Origin: Priapulus caudatus
Lineage: Eukaryota
DNA: 49,087 nt
Direction of reading: 5' to 3'
Assembly (NCBI RefSeq): GCF_000485595.1
Contig: NW_014577064.1
Coordinates: 517,022-566,108, forward strand
Shown here: positions 23,801-35,800 of the stretch, piece by piece
How positions within the stretch are numbered: position 1 is the first letter of the stretch
Layout of the letters: every line of letters begins with the position of its first letter
Made by a program: the position numbers and the translations under genes
Notes under the pieces: generated by a model
The model's input: the letters and a program-made list of their open reading frames with translations, nothing else
What the model was told of the DNA's origin: nothing
Database searches by the model: none

Positions 23801-26800
23801 TGAGTGTAAATGTACAAGTAGCTGATAAGGCTACATGGGTATGGTCTGCAGTACTACAACTCTTGCGTTACCAGTCTTGTCTCGTTGTTAGCTTTTCCTA
23901 TAATCGGCAGAATCACAATGACATTATACACATGCATTGCGTTATATTATAATTGCGCACGTGATTTGGCTGTAAATGTAATCCTTTCCTCTGCCAAGAG
24001 CTACATTAGAAGATGGGCAGGCTGCTGATACATGCAGTGAACATTGTTCCTGTGGACTGCTCACGTTATAGACATTTGGATTCACAACCACATTAGATTA
24101 AGCTTGAAATGTTTTACTTTTAGTCAGAGTTAAACCCATTTTTTAAAACAAGCACATATGTTTGTGCGTGTGTAATTTGTAACGAGCTTTTGACATTATC
24201 CTACGTTTTCCGAGTCTGAGCTATAATACATGGCTAAATTCTAATTTTAAAAGGTTCCACGTGAGGTAGTGTTATTGAAATCCCACGTAAGTTTATATTG
24301 ACTGTTTGTAGGAACGCGCTCCTGATTTATTGAGGAACCAGTTGCAGGCCACGGACTGGAATAGGGCCTAAAATTGCACCCGGCTGAAGATTCTAAAAAT
24401 ATGTCAGCAATGAGTAAGCGTTTACTCTGCTCGTGTGCCAGCTGGCTGCCTGCCGTAGTAGCGTGTAGTGGTGCTGTCGCTATTATTTGGGTCGAGTATA
24501 CATGGATGTGCAAGCCTTGTATATGCTTGTCGTAGAGGGAGGGGACAGATGTGCTTGACAGCCCGCGCAGTTGAACAGATGAGCAACACCCACACACACA
24601 CGCACGCACGCACGCACGCACGCACGCACGTACGCACACACGAACGCACGCACGCACGTACACACATACACGTGTGTTGTGTTTCAAATGGAATTGAAAT
24701 AAATAAACGGAATTAAATTGAACAATGAAAATTTGTCATTATTCATCCCTGATGATACCATGCCTAATGCAAAACCAACAGCGTCTTGGTAGGCCTTACA
24801 CGAGCTACCCATGTTACAGTTTTTCACGCAACATCATGGAGTTTTGTGTACCTCGAAAATCAATGCTACCCTTGACCTCCAGTCTCAGGCAACATTAAAT
24901 TTTATCAGTCCACAGAATTCCATGGATCCCTCGCAACCATGCAACAACTATGTAAAGTATGTATTTATATATATTATGGAGAACTCTTCTGGTTGTGTGT
25001 CAAGCTCTGAATTGGCCTCGCCGGTTGAGGCTGCAGTGGTTTATACTATAGTGAAAGAAAATGAATCAAATCTGTGGTGGGCCGACATAGTATTACTGTC
25101 TCGCCTCACAATATATCACCCTGATCCTAGACGTCCCCCGGCGGAAGGCAAACAGTAGGTAGGCATAACAGATGTCAGCCAAGATGATCGGACTGACAGG
25201 CAAACAGCCACGCGTTATACAAGCATGCATCATCATACCTGAAACATTTGTACCCACGACTGGCCTGGACTCCTACACGGCATATAACTGGCCTGGACAG
25301 AAACTACAAGCCATCTATTTACTATTTTACCTTCCAAAAAGTGTATACATGTGGGGAGGGGCACAGAGAATAACGTACTCTTGAAAGTGCTTTTTGGGGG
25401 GAGGACTTAAAGCATGTTTTCAGATCTGATTTTGTTTGAACTGTTCTCACTTGCTTTTCATCGCATCATTGTCTGTCAAGCAGTGTGCAGCATGTGTTTT
25501 AACAAAGTCGATTTTTGATACTTTTTTCCTAGCTTCAATTTACGCAGATTTTTAGTACATTACATAGCAATTAGTGGCTGGTCTAACTATAAATTGATTG
25601 AACTACTGGAGCGTCACCTAGCTCTGCCTAGCTAATCACTGCTAGTAAGTTACTATCATCTCCATCTAAACCGCTAGATAGCCGATTATAGTAGACTAGA
25701 CTGCCAATGCCATACAAAGTACATCATCATTTAAATTGATTGTGAACTACTGGAACATCACTTAGCTAATCACTAATGGTTTCTATGGTCTCCATCTAAA
25801 CATCTGCCAGCCAGACTGATACTATATTAGACTATTACTGACATACACACATACAAAATTATCAAATGCAATCAATTATATCTTGGAGGAGGAGGAGGAA
25901 GAAGAAGAAGAAGAAGAAGAGAACGAGGGGAAAGAGGAGGAGGATGAGGAGAAAGAGGAGGAGAAGGATGAGGATTCTGAGTAGATGGGGATGAGAGAGA
26001 GGGAAGAAGGGGGAGGATGAAGAGGAGGATGAGAAGAAGGATAAAAAGGAGGAGGAGGAGGATCCAGCCCCCTAGTTGGCGGTGATATGTGCAACAGGGA
26101 ACCCGATCGTAGTACGCGTCCCCATTGTTTAGAGTATCGCACAAATATTTGTGCTCTGCAGCCTCCAAGGATGGGGCGCTCTGCGACGGGAGCTATACAT
26201 ACAGCAGGGTGTTTCCCACCACGTGTACAGCCTGTAGTTTTGCAGCGACGATGTGTATCGTAGAGTTATGTAGCGTGGGTATGTGTCGTTGTAGTTCTTT
26301 AGCGTGTGTGCCGCTGCGTCGTGGGTTGTGTAACGTGGTTGTGTAGCGTGGGGTTGTGTTGTGGGGTTGTGTAGCATGGGTGTGTGTTGTGGGGTTGTGT
26401 AGCATGGGTGTGTGTTGTGGGGTTGTGTAGCATGGGTGTGTGTTGTGGGGTTGTGTAGCATGGGTGTGTGTTGTGGGGTTCACCGGTGTAGCATGGGTGT
26501 GTGTTGTGGGTTGTGTAGCATGGCGTTGTGAGTGTTTGTGTGTTTGTGGGTAGTGATTGTCCCGATGAATGCGATTATAATCAAAATTTATTATTTTTAA
26601 ATTATTAAATTCGCAACAGTGGACATGTATTGTAGCGATAGAAGTGCATTCAGTGTTGTAGGTCGGCAGAGGACACCGTTCATGAATCACTGTTAACTCT
26701 AGGTCCTGTCTGATTGCAGAGCGGTCTAGTGTACTTATCAGACAATGGACAAATTGGACAGTGTCTTTTGTTTTCGGGTTTACACTGTCAGCCACGAGTT

Positions 26801-29800
26801 ATCCCGTAGATGAGCATTCTACTCTCCGTATTGTTTGTTACATTGATGATGGGAGAGGATATCCATGAGGCACGATTGACCTCGCTACACAGCCTACACT
26901 ATCTAGAAACCAAACAACTTACTATAATAAAGAACATGTCTTGATCATGTTTTTTAAAACTTTTAGATGTTTTAATAAGGCATTTAAACCCATTGCTTTT
27001 TAAATTTGATTAAAAACTGTATAGGAAAGACTTGATATTACATCACAAGCTCAACCTTACAGAGTTAATAGCGTACTTGTCAATCATACAACATGATAAT
27101 ACTTGAATGCTTATGTATAATTGTTATATACAGGAGTAGATTAAATTAATTATGGCTAATATTAACGCGATTATCCGATATAATCGACTTATCGATCAGT
27201 TAAGGGAACGCGATAATGATTATGAAATTCCAGCGATTCCATCACTAGTCTGTGGGTTGTGTAGGCATGGGTGTGTGGTTGTGTAATCATGGCGTGTGTG
27301 TGCGGGTTGTGCTAGGGTGGGTTGATGTGGTGTGGGGTGTGCTACATGGGTGTGTGTTGTGTATGCGTGGTGTGGTGTTGTGGGGTTGTGTAGCATGGGG
27401 TGTTGCTTGTGGGGTGTGTTAGATGGTGTGTTTCCGTGGGGTTGTGTCGCATCGGGTGTGTGTTGTTGGGTTGTTAGATGGTGTGTGTTGTGGGGTTGTG
27501 TAGGATGGGTGTGTGTGGGGTTGTGTCCGTAGTGTGTGTTTGTGGGGTGTTGTACAGTGGGTGTGTTGTGGGTTGCTGGTAGCATGGTGTGTGGTTGTGG
27601 GGCTTGTGTAGGCGTGTGTGTGTATTGTGAGTGTAGTATGGGTGTTATTGTGGTGGGGGGGGGGTTGTGTAGCATGGTGTGTGTTTGTTGGGGTTGTCTG
27701 TACAGGGGTGTGTGTTTGTGGGGTTGTTGTATGGCATGGCGTGTGTGTTGTGGGGTGTGTAGCATGGGTGTGTGTTTGTGGGTTGTGTAGCATGGTGTGT
27801 GGTTGTGGGTTGTGTTAGCGTTGGGTGTATGTTGTGGGGTTGTGTAGCATGGGGGTGTTTTGTGGGGTTTTGTGTAGCATTGGCTGCACCCTGTGTGTGT
27901 TGTGGGGTTGTGTAGTCAGGGTTGTGTGTTTGGGTTGTGTAGCAGTGGCGTTGTGTCATGGTGTGGTGTAGCGTGGGTGGTGGTTTTGTGTGTTTTGTGT
28001 AAGCGGGGGTTGTGGCTGGTGTGGGTTTGTTGTAGCCAGGGCGGTGTGTGTGTGCTATCATGGGTGTGTAGCGTGGGGGAAGAGCGACGGTGACTATGCT
28101 GTAAAAGACAGCGTGGGTACTGGTAGAGGTTGACAGTTGTAAAATACAACAGGACATTGTGTGACAAGTTTATATTACCCTAATAGTTGCCTGGGCTAAT
28201 AGTAGAGGAGACTATGTAATTTCGTGGACATCGCAGGTTATCTTTTGCGAGCTGCTATAACTTTCATTCTTCCTATGTTAAAATCACCCCAAAAAAGTGG
28301 TGTTGCCATTTTTTTTACATTTTCAAACATGTCGAAGTCATGTCACCTTATCTACACGTGTAGAAATACGTCAATTGGCTTATGGATTTTGTTTGAATTG
28401 CCACAATAAATGACAACATTTGTATTTAAAATGAAAGTATTTGGTGAACATCTTTAATGTAATGAAGTCACAAAAAAGAAACAGCAACCACACAAACAGA
28501 TTTTGGTAGATATTGCCACTTTAGCGAGATGACACAGAGCAACACGTTTGACTGGGAGTCGGACTCAGGACCGCGACGACCTATTTTTGAAGGCACGGAG
28601 TTGATCGCTAATGATCAAAAGTGCATTTCTACCCCTGCAGTGGGTATACGTTCTTACACACTCTCTGCCCATAAATTTAGTTTCCAGCACTCATGATCAG
28701 TGACATTTAGATGTCTACGCGTTGTACGTGTGTAGTCGCTGAGAAGCTGAAGCCAAATCTACCGCGGCATACACCGCCAGCAGACCTGACTGTGTGCTAG
28801 CCGGGTGTGCGGTTAACTTCCCTTCTAGTAGATAACTAAGTACCTACTTAACGCGAAGCTGAAGTAATGCGTACAGCATGATTCGGCGCAGCTGACGACT
28901 ATGCAAATGAGTTGGGGCACGCTTTTTTTTATTTAACGTCGGGTCACGTGTAGTTGGTAATTAGCTTTGACTCCCACATTAATTAAACTCGCGCAAATTA
29001 AACATGAGCACAAATTGCGACGATGCGTGTCGGCGCTGCGTGCCGACGCGGTAATCTTACTCCCCGCCGCCGCCGCCGCTGCCGCTGCCGCCGGGTCGAT
29101 GCTGCTGCGATATTGATCGCCCCGCAATCGAACATGGCGCGGCGGTGCACGCGCGGCGCATGTGCGCATGCGCGGGGAGCAGAAGCTGGAGCGCGGACTG
29201 CTTTCCGCTAGTGTTTATGCGTATTGCTTGTGTTTGTTTATGCCGAGCGCGAGACAAACATGAAAGAAACCGTTTCAAATAAATTTCCTCGGCATATGTA
29301 TCTAGTTCAATTAGTGTGTGAGGGCTTCTGGCGCCATAGTGCAAGACCACCCGGTTGCTTGAGAGTATTTTAAAACCAAGACGCGATCTACCGAAATTAT
29401 ATTTTAGCTGTCAAACATTATAGCCAGCCAGTGTGTATCATCGCCCACCATATATAGATAAGTAAGATAACGCACGTGTATTCTATTTTCACGTTATCGT
29501 TTTAAAATGTTAGTCTTAAGTTACATCGACCCGAGAACTAGGTTGTGGAATTTGTTACTACTTTGTTACGTCCGACTGAAATTCGACAATATTCGATTGT
29601 TCAGTTATTTTTGTGTGTGCAGTGAAATCATTTGCCACTTTCATTTGTGAGGTGGATAGTGAAATCGCTACTCTTGTTTCTGATTTATTAGAATTGGCAT
29701 AGGTGGTGAGTCAGAGTGTGGCGGTAGCGCTGCACGTGAAGGATGATAAGAGTGTAAGAAGGGGGGGGGGAGCATATTAAAACGTATTTAATGTAGATTT

Positions 29801-32800
29801 ACGACGGATGGTTATAACAAGAGCTTCCACAAATGGCATATAGTCACGTTTATAAAGGCCACATTTGTATGCGACTATTGAACTCGTTCAAAGTTCAAAT
29901 TATGAAGGCTAAAATTCACATTTTGAAATGAGATGTATGTACCTTAATTTCACACTAACTTGGGTTGTAGTTTTGCACATTGACTATTGCACTGTTATTT
30001 CTCGCCGAGCAAGCTTGTCTGCTTGCTTGCTCCACTCGCATGCTGTTGCATATTATCAGGAGCATATAATGACAAATAGTCAAATACGTTGTCATTATAC
30101 GCTCCTGATATTATCAAGGGTCCATAATAGAAGATCTCTAATATGGTCTCTTGATATTATCAGAAGTAGATAATTTAAGTAGATTCCCTATTATCTACTT
30201 CTGATATTATCTTGCCCAAAATTCTCAAACGAGTTAATTTTTTACAAAATAAATTATCGCGTGGCAGACAGTGGGCAATTATCCAGATGAAACACTGCTA
30301 GTTGTCATTGTAAGCTGAATGAGTTGCTAACTGGTTAATTGGGCGAATTTATAATGAAATAGAATTACTTTCTTTCATACAAATCCGGTAATGTTATTCC
30401 AAGAACTGAGTCAAATTTTTGCAATCACTGATGGCGTGGGATGAAAACTTTTGAGAGATCTATGCGTGTCTCAAAGTGTTTCTTGAATGGAAGAAAGAGC
30501 AGCACAAGATTTAGAACCCCGCGGTTATAATTGGACGCCGTCGGCGGAGCTCCATGCATGTTAGCGGCTTTTATTTAGGTTGATCACAGACCACTTCCAA
30601 TTTAAAAAGTGCATCCACCATTAATCTCCACTGTAATTTCTTACGTTACAAATGCTGTTTCATAATTTATTGCATATAACATTGTAAACTAGACAGAGGG
30701 CACTCACGGAGAGTGCATACCTCCGCGAGCGTGTAACATGTATACATGTGTATAACAGCTGGCTCGCTGCTGGCTGCTGCTGCCTGGACGTTCTAAGGCG
30801 AGCTGCTGCTGCCTGGACGTTCTAAGGCGAGCTGGTGCTGAATCGATCGCGCCAACGCTACACACACACGAACACACACACGAACACACACACGAACACA
30901 CACACGAACACACACACGAACGCATCACACGAGAGGGATCACATTACCTCCCTGCAACTCCGTTGCGCTGAGGTAACAATAACTAGAGGAGACACACTGG
31001 TAGGGATCACGATTATACATGCTTAGTGTGGTGCATGTCTAGTTTACGGCTTCGTCAACAATTTATAAACCAAAGTTCTCACCGAGAGAGGTCTCAAGTA
31101 AATTCTCTGTAAATAACATATATATCACAATGACATCTCAGTGCTTATACGACACATTTTTTAGGTTTTAATTCTATTATGTAGGGAGCGTTTGTGTATA
31201 TATAATATGACAGTTTCCGAATCACTCCCCTTTATGGTTCACCGAAACCGATTCACAGGAGAGCGGGAACCGAGACGAGTCAATTTGCATGATAATAATG
31301 TTTGCCGGCCAACGTTACCATACCCGCCTGTGAATATCTGTAGGCATTTTCATGTAAAAACGTGTAGCTGTAAACCTGCCCCTTTTATTATTTTTTTAGG
31401 TGATATTAGTGAATAGCACTCAACACTATGCTTTATGCACTGGAATAACGAACTGTACACGAGCAAGGGTTCGAGGTTACTTGCATGTATCCAGAGACAA
31501 GCCACCGACGTGCGACGGTCCATGACCAACATGTTACATTTGTTTATTTTGCTAATTATCGCTGCATACAATACAAACAATGTGTACATCATTGAATATG
31601 CGGCTAGATATCTACCAGGGATGAATACACAAAAATCTTAGACAGGCATGTATATTTACATTGCGGTCCTTTCATATGCCTTTGCACTAGGCCTATGGTG
31701 TGTTTTGTTTTACAACATGACGTGTGGTACTACCATGTTATCAGGAGTAGATAATAGAAGACTTTACTCTTCTATTATCTACTCCTGATGTTATGTGGAC
31801 AAAATAGATAGGCCACTAATTCTATGGTCTGTAAATAAAGCTCTGGACACTAGTTCTATGTTTGAAATAAAAACAGCGGGAGGGGTGCATTCAGTCACTA
31901 AGCAGTCCAAAGGTCATGCCAACTTAATTGGAGCCTTTCAGGATTGAAGTGAGACGAATATGTCCACGAAAGGTATTTGTGTTCTGCTGGTGATATAAGT
32001 GTCTTACAAACAGCCTTTTGATGTAATTATACCTCTGCAACCGAAGTTTCAAGTGGGTATTACTATATATATCTAGGAGTCATCTTACGGTTGGGTAGGC
32101 GGTCGGTCCGTCCGTCTGTTGCAAAAAGTTTGTGGCGCGAACTACTTCCACAGTTTTCAAGGGATTCCAATCAAACTTCATACACTTGGTCAAACAATTG
32201 CTACCTAACTATTTCCTTGTGTTTATTATTTATATTCTTAGCTGATATTTACCAGCTATTTATTGAATAATGGTATCACAGGAGTATTAATTATGTTCAG
32301 CGATAGTTCCTTTTCATAATGTCACATTCCCCTCTTATTTTTGTGTGTGTTCCGTGTATTCTTTACTCATAAAATATGCCACACCATGATCTTCCCCTCC
32401 CCCCCCCTCAACAAAGCCGTATTGCGGAGGTATTAATCACTGTCAGTGTCAGTGATTGTTCTAGTTTAATACACCTGTTCATCTGCAGGCTCTGGCTACG
32501 CGTGTCACTGGTTGTATGGTGTTCTGAAGCAAATTCAAGCAATGCAGATTACTGATTCCCGCAGAGTGTACATAGTCCCGGCAGACGATGTACATGTCTG
32601 GTAGTTTGCTACTAGTGGTGACTGGAAGATTACTTACCGCCTGGCCCAGCCACGAAAAAGCTGTGCGATGTCATTGTGATGAGATTTCACTGTGTCCGTC
32701 TGTAGTGATTGATGTGTTGTTCGTTCGCCTGCTGCGAATCGCGACCAGACGTTTCATTTTGCAATCGATGTTTTGCAGGGAGTGGGATAAAGCAAGGAAA

Positions 32801-35800
32801 GATCATCCAGCGGTACCCTCAGAAAGACTGGGAGGACACACCGTTCAACCAGGGTATCGAGCTGGTGAGTTAATGCATGCCAGGGTTCTGGTCATCAAAC
32901 GTGACACTGCTATGAAAGCTTAGATTAAATGAGTGGAGAGTAGAAATGCTTATTCAGTGTGTGTGTGTCACAATCTTTCAATGATTTATTAGAACGTTTG
33001 CTCGTTAATGGCTCGTTAAGGTTCCGACTGTTTAAATCATAAGTTGAATTGCAATGATTTGGACATATATGTGGAAAATCTCAGCTAGTTAAAAAATAGG
33101 ATAAAAATTTCAACCTTAAAGTCTGCGTGACTGACCATTGATTGTCCAGTGTGGCTAAGTCATCGGCATGGTTACAGTTTTGCCAGCCGGCAGGATGGTC
33201 TCTGTCCATGCATCGGCAGCCTCCCAAGTTCTTTGTGTCGGTACTGACGGACATCGATGCCGACCGCCATTACTGCGCCTGCCTCACCTTCACCGAGCCC
33301 GTTGCCATGCCGACCAGCAAGCCGGACGATGAGGATGCGGAGCGGGATGATGGAGGCCTGGTACATGGCGCACTAATGTTTGCACCCAAGTCTCTCGCAT
33401 TGGTCTCTAGGCTTGACTACTACGAAACCTTCAGGGTGAGTGTTGGAGGATATCTTTCCCAGCGCACCTACTCCTTTCCAGTGCCTTATCTCACCCCAGC
33501 AGAACTGGTGCTAGCTGTTGTGCAGCCGTGCATGGTCTCAGCCTTGCTACACATTCTCCTAGCCTTGCTCTAGGTTTAGGAGAAAGTAAAGTAACTTTGA
33601 ATTGATAATGATGATGCCATGGGCCAAAACAAGTGAAAGTGTGAGATGGTTGGTGGGTGGGTGCGTGTGTCTGATAGCCAGCTGGAGGTTTTAATTTGTT
33701 GTGTGGATGTGCTATCACACGAGTGTGTATTGTGAAAGGGTCCTGATCTCAGTTCGCAGTAAATATTTGGATCCTTTTTTCGGTTTCAGTGAATATTTTC
33801 ATTTCCCACTGAAATTTGTTAATTAAATACCCAAAGAAAGTCGAAGACCAAAAGGCTCAAAAATCCATATAAAAATGATTGCACGACTCAATACATGGTA
33901 AAGAATTGGGTATTTTTACTCTAATGTTTATTGTTTAAAAGGGAATCACGCATTACGCTAGATAACTAATCATGACTGATGGTAAAAAGTTATCGTTTTA
34001 CAATCGTTTCACGCTTCCTGGCAATCATGCTATGCCCCATCAATACTCTCTTGTGATGGGGGCAGGTTTACTCGTGAGGGCTGTTTACTGATGAACGGCA
34101 ATATTCCAGGGATAGAACGACCATAATTTAGTAATGCCGTTGAGAGTTTGGTGGGAGGTGAGTGCATGCTCATCCGAGGGGATTTACAGTAGCAATACTA
34201 GCGCTTATAAGCTGTAGCTATACATGCTAGTATTGCTACTTGGCTGAGATGGCATACGTTATGATGCAGCCGGGTTTTCCCGAGGTGTGTGATTCACGCG
34301 CCAATATCACAGCTAACTGGCGAGACAGTGCCGTATTGAGATTAATGTCGGAGATAAAGTTTATGCCGCTTAAATAGAAAATGAATGCAGTTGCGCCGAA
34401 TCGTACGAGCGCGCGAACGTGTCTGGATTTCGGTGAGCAGTGTATGAGTCGCGTGCGGCGATGAATACGCCTACTGCGTGTACGTATGTATGTTCTCAGT
34501 GACGTGGCGTGCATACATGTAGAGAGTCGTTCACTGTACGCCCTGCACATGGCGAGAGCGTAGTATAAACGAGAGCGTAGCCGCGATGAAACGCCGCTCG
34601 ACCGCCGGCGGCAGACCCAGAGTCAGATTTCACGCTGACATATTGAAGGCCACGTCTGTAGGGTTACATAGCAGCTAGCAGTAGATTGCATCTGCTTGCA
34701 GCTGTTGTCGTCTGTGCTCTCGTTTGTGAAACCGAAAGTTGACATTTATTGAGGGAGTGATATAGAATTATGTTCTATATAAGCTTTCGTGGCACAGTTA
34801 TCTTCGTGTGGGTCAAAGTTATGTTTATCAATGTCGACAAAGTTGTGAGTTTGGCACTTGTCAAGAGTAGATAATAATTTACTATGTTAATAAGATAATG
34901 TGTTATTATCTACTCTTGCACTTGTGTAATCACTGCCCACCTATACAGGTAAAGCAAATACGCTTTTATTTGTATATTCATTGATACGGTTTAGATTGGT
35001 TGCAGAGCGGTCCATTTGCACATTTACCTATTGATATGGATTGTCTACTCATCAACATAGCTTCCCTACACTACAACATGCATAGCAACGCATTCTGTAG
35101 CATGGTGTAGGAAGGTAGGGGTGGTGTTGGAAGGTAGCACATGGGGTAGGAGGGTAGGGGTGGTGTCAGAAGGTAGCAGATGGTGTAGGAGGGTAGGGGG
35201 TGGTGTCGTAAGGTAGCAGATGGTGTAGGAGGGTAGGGGGTTGTGTCGGAAGGTAGCAGATGGTGTAGGAAGGTAGGGGGTGGTGTCGGANNNNNNNNNN
35301 TGGTGTAGGAGGGTAGGGGTGGTGTCGGAAGGTAGCAGATGGTGTAGGAGGGTAGGGGGTGGTGTCGGAAGGTAGCAGATGGTGTAGGAGGGTAGGAGTG
35401 GTATGTGGGGGCGGGGTGGAGTGGGTGAGCAGGAGATGCAAGTTACTTGTCTAGTAGGCGTTCCTGGGTAAATTAAAATCTAGACAGGAGGAGGCACTGA
35501 AATATTTTATGAAGATACTGGGAAATGCAGCTGGCATGTCACGCCATGTGGTAGAAGACACTGTTGCAGGCCAGAGAATGGCACTGATTTAGTCCACGTA
35601 ATAATATCATAAACACATTTATACTCATGTATAAATCGTGTCGTGTACATGTATACATGCTGTAAATCATTTCAGTATAATCAGGGTATAATCATGTTTA
35701 TTGTTATATGTATAGAATGTAATATATAGCGGCATCTGTGACGCTTGTTCCCTGTATTCTCTCAAGAAAATAACGCATCCACATTTATAACTCGGGCCAG

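Noticed and set aside
25590..25845. Diverged ~140-bp tandem duplication; also a ~40-bp duplication at 39447-39525
   Set aside because: Ordinary local intronic duplications with no further structure seen.
26129..28167. H/T/P-rich and C/V/G-rich ORFs up to 200 aa
   Set aside because: Translations of the GT-rich minisatellite.
30050..30210. Possible CRISPR array
   Set aside because: 7-bp repeat, hairpin spacers, eukaryotic intron and no cas genes; better explained as stacked TSDs.
34187..34242. Hairpin AGTAGCAATACTAGC...GCTAGTATTGCTACT; similar cases at 4003-4054, 21386-21422, 23672-23706 and solo ends at 27131 and 32279
   Set aside because: No TSD or only one arm; possibly decayed footprints but unsupported.
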